This document shows positions 19,474 to 29,628 of a stretch of 64,000 nt of DNA, one piece after another. This DNA is from Candidatus Thorarchaeota archaeon (lineage in GTDB: Archaea; Asgardarchaeota; Thorarchaeia; Thorarchaeales; Thorarchaeaceae). The stretch covers positions 18,013 to 82,012 of the forward strand of contig JAGXOC010000001.1 in the NCBI GenBank assembly GCA_019894665.1, read 5' to 3'. Numbering within the stretch: the stretch's first letter is position 1; every line of letters begins with the position of its first letter. A program made the translations under genes and the position numbers. The notes below the pieces were generated by a model that saw only the letters and a list, made by a program, of their open reading frames with translations, had not been told where the DNA came from and did not search any database.

Positions 19474-19828
19474 AATCAAGCTCTCAACAGAAGACACCGG
19501 GTGCTACCCAGTTCTCACCAAGAACTGCTATGCTTTTCGTTCTTGGGTCATCGTATCTTCTTATCGAATAGATTCCATCCTTGGAGAATGAGAGCCTTGA
19601 CCTCTTCAAGACTGGTCGCCGATGCAATGATGATGGCAACGGATCTACTTTCTCCGGGATTCAAGTTTCCAAGATTCCACTGGAGTCCAGTCGCCACATC
19701 CATTGGCCCGAGTTCGAGATTGTTACGTAGATTCGGGGCGTCTTCACTGATTTGGATCTTCGTAGGCCACTCTGATATATACGTCATGAAATTTAGATTA
19801 CAAATACGCCGTTTCACACTTCATAAAG

Positions 19829-21106
19829 TTGATAAACCACCTACAAATCCCACACAGGACCGGGTGGATTTTTCCTATGACTAACCTCAATGTCGAACAA
19901 CTCGAGAAATGGTATCGAAAACAGCTCAGAGACAAATCGAAAGATTTCATCAAACAAGCTGAGAAGAGCTATAGGATTGTAGAAACTGCTCTAAAGGACA
20001 TTGAGGAAGTATCACAGCAGTTTAAGGAAGAAGAAGAAGAGGAACTTGAATCTGGAGGCATTGCAGCAAGATTCGCCTTAAAAGTTGGCGAGATAGTTTC
20101 TGACTTCTATGTTGACAAAGATATTACGTATGAGAACACTGAAGCTATGCAGAGTGAGATTCAGCACTTCATTCAGGAACTATGGGGTGCAGGAGCTCGC
20201 TGGATTCGTAGGATGGATAAGCGTTACAAGAATGTGATTAAGAGTCTAGACACATTCATGAAGGAACTCGCTCGAGAAATGAATAAGATAAGCAAACTGC
20301 TATTCGAGTACAGTTGGGTCAAAGAGCTAGAGAGAATCGGCGGTCGCATTGAAACCCTACACGATTTGACATTCAGCAAGGAGATATTCGAAGAACAGAT
20401 TCGGCAAGTTCGTCGCAAGATTGATAATGCTCAGAAAGAATATGATTCAGCTAAGAAGGCATACGATGATTTTACCAAAGCCTCCAATGTTTCAGAACTA
20501 CTTAATCTTGATGAACAGGCTGAACATATTAATAGCCTCCTACGAATGAAACTAAATCCTTTGAAGAAACAGGTAAAGAAATTCTTCCAACACGACACTG
20601 GCGTTCGAGTTGGACCTCCAGGCCAGAAAGCTCTGACTGAGTACTTTGAAGACCCATACACAGCGATAACAGAAGAATCTGAAGGATATCCCGGACTTCT
20701 TGAGGGACTAACAGGACTACAGGAAGCAATCGAAACCAAGAGGTTGCCCCTTAAAGATCGACTCGCACGACGGGCTATTGAAGAGGTAGAATCTATTCGG
20801 AAAGGAGGATTGCAGAAGCTCCAAGATCAAGCAAAGGAGATCGAAAACAAACGTGACACTTACGCAGGTTCTGATGTGTATACTCAAAACGAAGCATTCC
20901 AGAGCGCTCTGAATGAAGCTACGAAGAACCTGGAATATCACAGCAATGACCTACTTCGAATCAGGGATGATATCACGAGACAGATTGACAAGGTGAAAGA
21001 ATTCAAGGGTCGCGTCGAAACTGAGATTTTTGATGCTTTTAGTGAGAAAGTTACCGTACAGGTGGAAGTCAGTCTTGAACCATTACTAGACCTGTGTAAA
21101 CTCTGA
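19829..21106 (+). CDS. coiled-coil protein, unknown function
   Basis: Long charged, heptad-like helical sequence (EEEELESGG...; RKIDNAQKEYDSAKKAYDDFTKAS). No enzymatic motif. A more likely start is the ATG at 19878. Confidence 0.5.
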   Translation: MINHLQIPHRTGWIFPMTNLNVEQLEKWYRKQLRDKSKDFIKQAEKSYRIVETALKDIEEVSQQFKEEEEEELESGGIAARFALKVGEIVSDFYVDKDITYENTEAMQSEIQHFIQELWGAGARWIRRMDKRYKNVIKSLDTFMKELAREMNKISKLLFEYSWVKELERIGGRIETLHDLTFSKEIFEEQIRQVRRKIDNAQKEYDSAKKAYDDFTKASNVSELLNLDEQAEHINSLLRMKLNPLKKQVKKFFQHDTGVRVGPPGQKALTEYFEDPYTAITEESEGYPGLLEGLTGLQEAIETKRLPLKDRLARRAIEEVESIRKGGLQKLQDQAKEIENKRDTYAGSDVYTQNEAFQSALNEATKNLEYHSNDLLRIRDDITRQIDKVKEFKGRVETEIFDAFSEKVTVQVEVSLEPLLDLCKL

Positions 21107-21110
21107 AGTA

Positions 21111-21950
21111 TTGGGGATAGTGGTTTTGAGGATCCTAGTGACTTCTGAGCAAGATATTGCCAGCTTGACAATCAAAGACATACTTCTCAGTGATCATGGA
21201 TTTTCTCAAACCGACGAGTCATTTGAAGGGAATCCCATTTTTTCCAATGGCAGAAACGCCAAGGTCATAACGACCAATCGTGACATGATTCATTGTGACC
21301 ATCTCGAAACTCATTTTGATAGCGAAGTGTTCATCTTTTGTTCTAGACATCGTGCTGAATCTGGAAAACCCGCACTGCTAGTTCATAGCACGGGAAATCT
21401 TGGTAGTGAGGCACTCTTTGGTGGGACACCTCATCATCTTTCTGTTTCCGCTCCTTCTCTTGTTTCCGTCGCACTCAAGAAACTGTTTGAAGAACGAAAC
21501 AAAACTGGGTTAGATGAATTTGATGTGTCATTAGAAGTGACGCACCACGGTCCTACAATAATGAAGACCCCACTATTGTTTGTGGAGCTGGGAAGCTCTG
21601 AGGAGTACTGGACTCATCAGGGTGGTGCTAAGGCAGTGGCTGCTGCTGCAATGGATTGTGTTAACGAACCATTGTCTGGTGACGCTGTTATTGGTTTTGG
21701 CGGCACCCACTATGCTAGTAAGTTCAACAAGATAGTATTAGAGAAAGGCTACAAGATTGGGCACATGGCTCCAAAATATGCTATCAATGGTCTGACATCT
21801 GATGTCCTCAATCAAATGATTACCCATTCAACAAATCCAATCGTATCTGCTATTATAGATTGGAAAGGAATGAATGCTGAAAATAAAACACATATTCTTC
21901 CGATGTTAGAAGATGCCAATATTGAAGTGATTCGAGCAAAGAATGCGTAA
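21111..21950 (+). CDS. putative archaeal-type D-aminoacyl-tRNA deacylase (DtdA/DTD2-like)
   Basis: Size about 280 aa. Motif region FCSRHRAESGKPALLVHSTGNLG resembles the SRH...H.GN region of tRNA_deacylase proteins. Assigned from memory of the family. Confidence 0.4.
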   Translation: MGIVVLRILVTSEQDIASLTIKDILLSDHGFSQTDESFEGNPIFSNGRNAKVITTNRDMIHCDHLETHFDSEVFIFCSRHRAESGKPALLVHSTGNLGSEALFGGTPHHLSVSAPSLVSVALKKLFEERNKTGLDEFDVSLEVTHHGPTIMKTPLLFVELGSSEEYWTHQGGAKAVAAAAMDCVNEPLSGDAVIGFGGTHYASKFNKIVLEKGYKIGHMAPKYAINGLTSDVLNQMITHSTNPIVSAIIDWKGMNAENKTHILPMLEDANIEVIRAKNA

Positions 21951-22076
21951 TTTCGTAGTAAAGCTGAGTTTCTTTACATCAATTACCTCCTTCTTATTGG
22001 CTATATTACGTTCCCGAAAGGCTAATTACTCTCCCTGACACTGACGAACAATATCGCCATCTTAGTAGGGGATGCT

Positions 22077-23039
22077 ATGGTCACCGAGAAAAGCGATGCT
22101 GCTATTGAAGAAATCCAAGGAAAAGTAGACAAACTTTCTGTGGAACTTGCTAGTATACGTGAGGAGCTAACAGTGCTCACTTCCGTACCAGAAATAGACA
22201 AGAAAATTGACACTCTTAGTAAGAGTGTTGAGAAGGTTTGTGACGCTAAGGAAATTCAAGAAGTTGGAAAGAAGTTAGACGATCTGGCTAAATCGTTGAA
22301 GGGATTGGACCAAACAAAGAAACTGGACGATATCACAAAGTCAGTCATAGCGATTGACTCGACTGTGAAAGAAGTCAATGATTCCAAAGAGTCAGCTGTC
22401 ATCATAAAGAAGATTGATGATATTCTTGTGTCTCTGGCTGACAGTGAATCTGTACCAAAGAAATTGGATGACCTTCAGAATTACGTTGCAGGGCTTTCAG
22501 GTATAGAGGAGAAAGTTCAGGACCTCGCAGGCCAATTTGAAGAAACAAAAGAGATTGTGGGGATTATTGTTCGCCAACTGGATGATATTGAGCGGAAATA
22601 TAATCTGGCAATCGATAGGGTCACAGAGGCAGTTGACACACTCACCGACTTCATTAAATCCGGGGTTGCTACTTCATCTGAATCTAAGACACCTACGAAG
22701 AAACCCAATGAAACCATAGATGAAGAGAAACCCAAAATTAAACCTCCATCCACGGTTAATTTGCCATCAACCATTGACGCATTAATGGATAACCTGATGA
22801 CTCTGGTGATCCCGCAGACTGAAGCAAAAGAGATGGCTGAAGCTCTTGAGGAAGTGCGTGATGAGCTTACTACAATGATTAGGGGACACACACCGGTACT
22901 CTTCCAATTTGGTAAACGCGCTCGTGAACTGAAATCATATCCGCCAACTGCGACATTGAATGAAAATGATATTGCTAGTCTAAGTCGTGAAATCAAATCA
23001 TGGAAAAGCAAACTCAAAGAAGTGACTAGCAGTAGCTGA
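22077..23039 (+). CDS. coiled-coil protein with at least 5 tandem repeats of about 35 aa
   Basis: Repeats: KKIDTLSKSVEKV / KKLDDLAKSLKGL / KKLDDITKSVIAI / KKIDDILVSLADS / KKLDDLQNYVAGL. Confidence 0.55.
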   Translation: MVTEKSDAAIEEIQGKVDKLSVELASIREELTVLTSVPEIDKKIDTLSKSVEKVCDAKEIQEVGKKLDDLAKSLKGLDQTKKLDDITKSVIAIDSTVKEVNDSKESAVIIKKIDDILVSLADSESVPKKLDDLQNYVAGLSGIEEKVQDLAGQFEETKEIVGIIVRQLDDIERKYNLAIDRVTEAVDTLTDFIKSGVATSSESKTPTKKPNETIDEEKPKIKPPSTVNLPSTIDALMDNLMTLVIPQTEAKEMAEALEEVRDELTTMIRGHTPVLFQFGKRARELKSYPPTATLNENDIASLSREIKSWKSKLKEVTSSS

Positions 23040-23195
23040 ATTTTCCCGACTCGGACCTGAAAAATCGAGGTTCCTGTTACATAGGTTTATCTCAGTAAAA
23101 CCACAATGCGCAACGTGACTCACTTTCGGTGATTATACCGTAAACGAGAACAAATAGAGCTGGACCGGTCCAACTCTAGCAGATACAATATTTCA

Positions 23196-24017
23196 ATGGA
23201 TTTGACATTCATGAACCTCAAGAAACACAAACAAGAGCTAGCAGGCAGGATTGGTCTTCTAGATGTTGTAGCTGATAATCAGTTAGCCCTTGAGTTAATT
23301 GAGTTGCACGAGAAGAAGTGTATTATTTGCCAAGAGGATAGACTAAGTTGCACTGTTAGACCTTCATGTATGAACAGGAATTTCTTGAATGCCCTCATTG
23401 AGATAGGTGTCACACCACAGGACCTACCTAGCTTTTGTTATAGCCAGTACCTTGAGCAGATACGACGGTTTATCCTCGAGAAGAGAGGAAGAGAAATGAT
23501 AGATAGAAGAATTCCAATCAAGGATTTACTTTCGACTTTGAATGTGAGTTCTATCCGTCACTTCACAACCAAATTCAAGAAAGTCTGGAAGAACTTCTCC
23601 TCGGCACTTGAGGACAACGAAGTGCTAGTTATAGGAGATAGTTTGATCTTCAACTTTGATTTTGCGAGAGGGATTGTCACACTCAATCCGATACATGACC
23701 TAATCGACAATTTCAAGATTTTTAATCTCTACTCTCAGATTTTCTCGAACCACTTTGAACTAAAATCTAGTGTTACTGATTTAACTCTGAACTGGTGGCT
23801 TCTCTCCATTAGTGTAGAAGGCCACACACAAAGTAGTGCAAAGAGTCAACTGAAGGTTGGGTCACTAAAGGGCTTTGATGCTGTTTACACAACTGAGATT
23901 GAAGATTCGGTAAAAATTCAAGCTGAAGTCATTGCTAGGAACGAATCATCATCTCTCGAAGTAGGTCAATTGAGAGACCTGTTCCAACGAGTATCAAAGT
24001 TTGAGAAGCAAGACTAA
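23196..24017 (+). CDS. hypothetical protein with an N-terminal Cys cluster
   Basis: CIICQEDRLSCTVRPSC near the N-terminus. No known domain. Confidence 0.45.
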   Translation: MDLTFMNLKKHKQELAGRIGLLDVVADNQLALELIELHEKKCIICQEDRLSCTVRPSCMNRNFLNALIEIGVTPQDLPSFCYSQYLEQIRRFILEKRGREMIDRRIPIKDLLSTLNVSSIRHFTTKFKKVWKNFSSALEDNEVLVIGDSLIFNFDFARGIVTLNPIHDLIDNFKIFNLYSQIFSNHFELKSSVTDLTLNWWLLSISVEGHTQSSAKSQLKVGSLKGFDAVYTTEIEDSVKIQAEVIARNESSSLEVGQLRDLFQRVSKFEKQD

Positions 24018-24074
24018 GCTGACAAAATGCTGTACAAGGGTACAGTCCAATATTGTTAGTGGTGGGATGCACAA

Positions 24075-27000
24075 ATGAGTGATGAAGCAGTTACGGAAGT
24101 AGTATCCGTATTGAAAAAGAATCTAGGCATCACGGATGTCGAGTCCAAGGTAATACTACCTGTTTACCTTGGTGGGAACATGACCGCTGGTGGAGTGTCT
24201 CTCATGTCAGGTGAGAAACTACCCACGGTCAAGAAAACCCTGAAGCGACTTGTTCAGAAGGGAATGGTCAAAGAGATAGATGGCATAGTTACAATATATC
24301 GTTCTGTGCCCCCGAACTTAGCACTATCAGATAATCTGTCGTCCTTCTTGGGTGACGTTCAAAATCTGACCGAGTTATCAGAGAAGACCTTCAGCTCAAA
24401 AGACGAAGATATTGACATTAATGTTGAGAAGGTTATCACTTCTCAGGATGAATCACTAGAAACTGTCAGAACCTCTCTCGCCAAATATGAGGATGAAATG
24501 CTGGATCTAGTAGGCAGTCGCATTGATCAAGTCAAAACTACCGCTACTGCAGTGATGGGTGCTCTCTCTGAAGACATTGAGGACATTATGAACAAGCTAG
24601 ACTCATCGCTAGATAACAGACTGGGAGCCAAGCTCACTGAATTACAAGGTGAGATTGACAAGAGCCAGGTAGGATTAGAAAAAGATGCGAAACGAATTTC
24701 CCGTGAGTTCGATAAATGGTTGAAAGTTGAAAGAAAGACCACGTTAGTCACAATTTCGGAATTTGAAACCAAAGCTCAATCACTCATAGGTGTCGCGCGG
24801 GACGCAGTCACCAAAGCGCTTGAAGCATCCTCCGCTGCGCTACAGAATATCACTCAAGAAATGACAAAGGCACTGAGCTCGATGACTTCCAATGCATCCG
24901 ATAAAGGAGTCGAGATTCTCAATTCAGTGTCAGAAGACCTCACTACTCTTCTTGCTCATTTGGAAGCTGAACTAGCCCATACTTACTTAGCTAGTCAAGA
25001 ATCTCTACGAGAAGTAATGGCTCAAGCACGAACTATACCCACCGAGTTCGGAGATTTCACAAAGAACAAGATAAACGCAGCAGTTGATATTGTTGAAGGT
25101 GTGAGTAGAGATGTTGATGACTGGAAAGAAGAAGTATCTAATTTTATGGACGTGGCATCCCAATCCGTGACTTCACAACTTGAACAGGTAGCATCTACAG
25201 ATGCGAACTACATAGAGGTGCTTAAAAATACTCTCACATCACACACAGAGAAATTGAACGGAATGATTAGTGAAGAATATCATCAAGTACAAGGTCTTGC
25301 AACAACCCTTGGAACTGATTGTGAAACTACACTTGCGGATACTCGTGTTCTGGTGCTAGAACTCCTAGAGAAAGAAAATGCAACAGAGCAAGCAGGGTGT
25401 GATGAAGCAGCTAAGACACTCCACTCAGAACTTGGTAATTGGGTACAAGGCACTGTACAAAACATCGAGAAGAATATGAAAACAACATCTGATGATATTT
25501 CCACTATTCTTGATACAGAATCTAGCGAGTTAAACTCCCTTGCTGCAGCGATGAATAGTAGATTGAAATCCGCATTCAATTCGATCATCAAATCTACAAC
25601 CACAAAGAATGAAACATTGATCACCTCAGTCAAGAAAACAACGCATGACTTTGAGGCAAGTGTTGGAACACAACTGGTGAAACTGATTGGAAGTTTTGCT
25701 AATACCACAGAGAAACAAGTTCTTGATTCAAGGAAACTCTATGAACGTCTGAGAGGTCGGCTTGACAAACGAATGACTGAGAGAGTCACTACGATAAGTT
25801 CTCAGGCCGATAGAATTGAAACTGAAATTGAAGCAATAATCACGCAACAAGTAAATCGAATTGACCAACACACTTTGGGCATTCGTGATGAGTTTCATAC
25901 ACGCCTTGAAGACATAACCCGTCAATTCATTACCCTGACCCAAGGTATCGAAGCGACTTTCAATGGTCTCCTTTCTAGTCAGACTGTTGAGGCTCGTGAC
26001 TTAATTGCATCAACTCATACAGAGTTTAAGACCGCTATGAAATCTGAAATGGTTGGTCTAAAGGAAGACTCTGTGAAATTGCAGCAGGAGTACTCTACAG
26101 AGCTTGGACTCAAAATCGATGAAGTCACTTCATCAATTGCTGGCGTGAAACACGCACTTGAGGAGATATCTGTTCAAAAGCGATTTGAAATCTCAGAAAG
26201 TATGGCTAAGGCTCTTACCACTCTGGAAACTTCAATTCGGAGTACCGAAGATAATTTGCGTCAGATGGAAACTGGCATCATCAATCAATTCACAGAAAAC
26301 CTTGATCAGGTCAGTCAGGAATTCCATGTTACTGTTGATGGTACACGTGATACTATCGCAGAGCGTTTAGATAATGTTCGAGCGGTAACAACAGATGCCA
26401 TAGAGAAAAGTAGTACAGCTGCGCAAAGAGCGGCTGATGCATTTGTTTCAGAACAAAAGGACCACAAGCAGCGACACTTGGCTGATACTAGCAAGAAGAT
26501 AAACCGCCTTGCTACAAAACTAGTGAAAGCATCTAAAGTAAAAATCGAGGAATTCCGTGCTGAACTTTCCGAATGTGAAACTGGTGGAGTGAAAGGTAGG
26601 AATTCAACAAAAGAGGAGATTATTCGAGCCGTTGAGGAACGGAGAGCGGAAGTAACGCAAGCATTCGATGCTGCTTCAGTTTGGGTTGACTCAACAGTTT
26701 CCAACCTGGGAACATCACTAGAAACCTTTGGATCCAAACTTGGTAACGACCTTACATTGATGCAAAGAAATCTCCAGAAAGCAGCTGAGGAAGCTTCTGC
26801 AGCTGTAATTGAACGTGGAGATGCAGATATTGACAAACTAGCAGAGATTACAACGACGCTCTTCGAAGACGCGGAATCCACTGTCACTGCTCGAATTGAT
26901 GACTTTGGAGGCAGTTGCGCTAATGCTTTAGTCAAGGGTAACGATGCATTCACCTCAATGCCTAATACTATGACAGAAAAAATTGAAGAAGTTGACAATG

Positions 27001-27968
27001 TAATCATCAAAGAAACAAATCAAAACTACAGCAAGGTGGCTGACAAGCTATCATCTTCATTTACGGAATTCCAGCGATCTGCTGAATCAGCTTCTGAAGA
27101 GTTTCGAAATCTGCTTGAAAAATCTTCAATTCAGACAACTGAGAAACGGAACGAGGCAATCACAGCCATACAAGAGAGTGCAAATCTGACCAACCAACAT
27201 GCAGCACGAAAATTGGAAACAATAGGCTTGGAGTTAAAAACACAGCTCAGTACTCAATCCTCAACTTTGATTGAGAAAACTCAATCTGATCTGGCTGCCA
27301 AGAATCTAGTCCTAACTGAAGCTGTCACTGATGCAAGCAATCAATCGAGTGAAGGAGTAACTCTGCTCCGACAAACACGAAGCGATGCGCTCTCTGCGTT
27401 CAGTGATCAGGTGGATAAATCATTCCGACGATGGTCAAATACCCAGAAAATGGAGATAGCCTCCTTGAGTGAAAATGTACAGGAAACCATAGCTGGAGTC
27501 ACCGAATTGACTTCAAAAGCTGTTGGTAATCTCAATGCAATCCATGAAGCAAGTGAAAGAATGCTTGATGTTTCGACTAGCAGAACCTGGTATCTTAGTG
27601 GGACTCAGGAGGCCTGTGCTCATATCGGTGACATGGTCCGTCGAGCCGAAGAATCGGTCGTTGTGGCAGTTCATGATGTGTCATGTCTAGATTTGAAGAA
27701 CCTTGCGAGGATAAAGACTCCTAAAAGGAGAGTTCTCATCGTACCTGAAACAGAAGATCCAGAAACAGTTCTCGAAATTATGGCTGGCTGGCGTGTATGG
27801 CAGACAAAAACTCCAATGCTTCTTTCGGTTATTGATGATCGTGAGATTCTTATCGGAGGTGCAAGAGATTCGGACTCTCCAATAGCGGTAGTTTCCGATG
27901 ATGCTTCATATCTCAAGCTTTACCATGATGTTTTGGGTCCGCAGTTAATTCAAAACAAAGTATCTTGA
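24075..27968 (+). CDS. giant (1297 aa) coiled-coil protein: N-terminal wHTH-like domain and a C-terminal globular domain
   Basis: The N-terminal 75 aa resemble a TrmB/MarR-type wHTH (VILPVYLGGNMTAGGVSLMSGEKLPTVKKTLKRLVQKGMVKEIDG). More than 1000 aa follow with a Q/E/K/L/T-rich helical pattern. No Walker A, so not SMC/Rad50, and no MCP signalling core. Last ~150 aa non-repetitive. Confidence 0.6.
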   Translation: MSDEAVTEVVSVLKKNLGITDVESKVILPVYLGGNMTAGGVSLMSGEKLPTVKKTLKRLVQKGMVKEIDGIVTIYRSVPPNLALSDNLSSFLGDVQNLTELSEKTFSSKDEDIDINVEKVITSQDESLETVRTSLAKYEDEMLDLVGSRIDQVKTTATAVMGALSEDIEDIMNKLDSSLDNRLGAKLTELQGEIDKSQVGLEKDAKRISREFDKWLKVERKTTLVTISEFETKAQSLIGVARDAVTKALEASSAALQNITQEMTKALSSMTSNASDKGVEILNSVSEDLTTLLAHLEAELAHTYLASQESLREVMAQARTIPTEFGDFTKNKINAAVDIVEGVSRDVDDWKEEVSNFMDVASQSVTSQLEQVASTDANYIEVLKNTLTSHTEKLNGMISEEYHQVQGLATTLGTDCETTLADTRVLVLELLEKENATEQAGCDEAAKTLHSELGNWVQGTVQNIEKNMKTTSDDISTILDTESSELNSLAAAMNSRLKSAFNSIIKSTTTKNETLITSVKKTTHDFEASVGTQLVKLIGSFANTTEKQVLDSRKLYERLRGRLDKRMTERVTTISSQADRIETEIEAIITQQVNRIDQHTLGIRDEFHTRLEDITRQFITLTQGIEATFNGLLSSQTVEARDLIASTHTEFKTAMKSEMVGLKEDSVKLQQEYSTELGLKIDEVTSSIAGVKHALEEISVQKRFEISESMAKALTTLETSIRSTEDNLRQMETGIINQFTENLDQVSQEFHVTVDGTRDTIAERLDNVRAVTTDAIEKSSTAAQRAADAFVSEQKDHKQRHLADTSKKINRLATKLVKASKVKIEEFRAELSECETGGVKGRNSTKEEIIRAVEERRAEVTQAFDAASVWVDSTVSNLGTSLETFGSKLGNDLTLMQRNLQKAAEEASAAVIERGDADIDKLAEITTTLFEDAESTVTARIDDFGGSCANALVKGNDAFTSMPNTMTEKIEEVDNVIIKETNQNYSKVADKLSSSFTEFQRSAESASEEFRNLLEKSSIQTTEKRNEAITAIQESANLTNQHAARKLETIGLELKTQLSTQSSTLIEKTQSDLAAKNLVLTEAVTDASNQSSEGVTLLRQTRSDALSAFSDQVDKSFRRWSNTQKMEIASLSENVQETIAGVTELTSKAVGNLNAIHEASERMLDVSTSRTWYLSGTQEACAHIGDMVRRAEESVVVAVHDVSCLDLKNLARIKTPKRRVLIVPETEDPETVLEIMAGWRVWQTKTPMLLSVIDDREILIGGARDSDSPIAVVSDDASYLKLYHDVLGPQLIQNKVS

Positions 27969-28427
27969 TCAAAGACCCATAGTGTAAACAATTGCAGATT
28001 CATCGAAATAGTAGTCAAGAATCTTTCCAGAGGCGATAAACCCAATTGACTCGTAGAGTGCTCTAGCCGCAATATTGCTCTCTCGCACCTCAAGGCGACA
28101 AGTATCAATACTGTTAGTCTTAAGATGGCCAATCATATGAAACAACATCATCTTGCCTCTTCCCGTTCTTCGTTCATCCACTTGAATTGCAAGATTGAGA
28201 ATATGACCTTCTAAAGTACGAGTATCGATTTCCCAAACCGCGTAGCCAATCACTTTGTTAGCCTCCTCAACTACATCCATGAATAGTGAACCTGATTCTC
28301 CAGATGATACCCGTCCACCCTGAATGCAAATATTGAGGAAAACTGAGTACTCCCAAGCGACTGGGAAGCTCTGCCGCTCTATCTTCATAATTTCGTCGAG
28401 GTCTTCCAATCGGGCTCTTCTAATCAT
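27969..28427 (-). CDS. rimI: GNAT N-acetyltransferase, RimI-like
   Basis: RimI-like N-terminus (MIRRARLEDLDEIMKIERQSFPVAWE). Acetyl-CoA motif A: RRTGRGKMMLFHMI. Confidence 0.7.
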   Translation of the reverse strand: MIRRARLEDLDEIMKIERQSFPVAWEYSVFLNICIQGGRVSSGESGSLFMDVVEEANKVIGYAVWEIDTRTLEGHILNLAIQVDERRTGRGKMMLFHMIGHLKTNSIDTCRLEVRESNIAARALYESIGFIASGKILDYYFDESAIVYTMGL

Positions 28428-28448
28428 GAAATCAATTCACTCCCTAAT

Positions 28449-28808
28449 CTAAAATGATTCGTTTGCTCCAAAATCCCGCTCAACAGAGTTGCCACAGGAA
28501 GAACAAAACGCTGCATTCTCGGGAAGAGGATTTCTACAGAATTGGCATGACGCATCCACACGAAGATAGGCTGGTCCTGGTTCATCAGACTGGGCAAAAC
28601 GAGCATCATCTACCCCGTTCTTGTTTATCCACCAAAAAACCATCATCATAACGAAAAGAGTTGAGATCGTAATAACAGGAGCGAGGTTTCCCGTGAAGAA
28701 GAAGGGGAAAATGAAGAAAGTAACGCTCTCTCCAAGATTCAAAAGAGCAATACCCAGACCGAGAATGATGAATCCAATAGTAATTAGGTACATGTTTCTA
28801 TTCTTCAT
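28449..28808 (-). CDS. small membrane protein with a C-terminal zinc-ribbon
   Basis: Two hydrophobic helices (YLITIGFIILGLGIALL; ISTLFVMMMVFWWI). CQFCRNPLPENAAFCSSCGN. Confidence 0.4.
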   Translation of the reverse strand: MKNRNMYLITIGFIILGLGIALLNLGESVTFFIFPFFFTGNLAPVITISTLFVMMMVFWWINKNGVDDARFAQSDEPGPAYLRVDASCQFCRNPLPENAAFCSSCGNSVERDFGANESF

Positions 28809-29014
28809 GTAAAACTCACCATCAAGTCTTTGGATATTTCTGGGTGTGAATCTCCAATAGTCTTCTCGGGGTTCCGGTCAGTGAGAGCCTATTAAATTAT
28901 GGCTCCAATCTTCTAGATACCGCATAGAAAAGGCACGCAAGACATATCAACAACAGGTGAGATATTAACAAATGCTGAGCCACTACTGTAATTATCTATT
29001 TTGATGACTACAAT

Positions 29015-29584
29015 ATGGTGCGGGGGTTTGAAAGGATGATGCCAACTGACAAGAAGAAGACCAGTAAGAAGAGTGGAAAATCAAAGTATCTCTTCAAGAT
29101 CACGGTAGTAGGTCCTGACGATTCGCTCCTAGAGGATGTGCTTTCTACATTTGACCCAGTGGTAAAAGTAGATGGAATACGAATAGTATCCGCGGACCAT
29201 TCCACAGATGACTCAGATGTTCGAGCAGTCTTTATGTCTCCGAAACATGCAGTACTTGACATTCTCCTTTCTCTAACGTTCAAAAGTGCTAGTGCAGTGA
29301 TTATTGTTTTGAGAGGCTCTGACCCCGAGTTGGAAACTATATACAGAAATGAGATTCGTGAAAATCTGGGTACAAAAATCCCCACACGCGTAGTAACGGT
29401 CGAGTCTGCGCTTGATAAGTTCAAACGCACTGAGATACATCACATCTTTGATGAACTGATGGAAGAGATTCTTGCTCAGAGAGAGAAGGAACATAAAGCC
29501 AAAGAGAAGAAGAAGAAGGAAAAGGGCGAGAAGCAGAAAGAGAAGACCAAGAAGACAACGACTAAGAAAAAGAAGAAGAATTGA
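29015..29584 (+). CDS. hypothetical protein with a degenerate GTPase-like N-terminus and a poly-lysine C-terminal tail
   Basis: KYLFKITVVGPDDS resembles a G1 strand but lacks the GxxxxGK[ST] P-loop. C-terminal KEKKKKEKGEKQKEKTKKTTTKKKKKN. Confidence 0.45.
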   Translation: MVRGFERMMPTDKKKTSKKSGKSKYLFKITVVGPDDSLLEDVLSTFDPVVKVDGIRIVSADHSTDDSDVRAVFMSPKHAVLDILLSLTFKSASAVIIVLRGSDPELETIYRNEIRENLGTKIPTRVVTVESALDKFKRTEIHHIFDELMEEILAQREKEHKAKEKKKKEKGEKQKEKTKKTTTKKKKKN

Positions 29585-29628
29585 TACGTAACACGAACCT
29601 TTTTTTTCGATTGTAGATTCTTCAGAGC

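Noticed and set aside
26315-27010. 231-aa antisense ORF inside the giant coiled-coil gene. The same pattern recurs at 22517-23017 and 25283-25708
   Set aside because: Ser/Ala/Val-rich antisense translations are typical of the opposite strand of coiled-coil (GAA/AAG-rich) genes. They are shadow ORFs.
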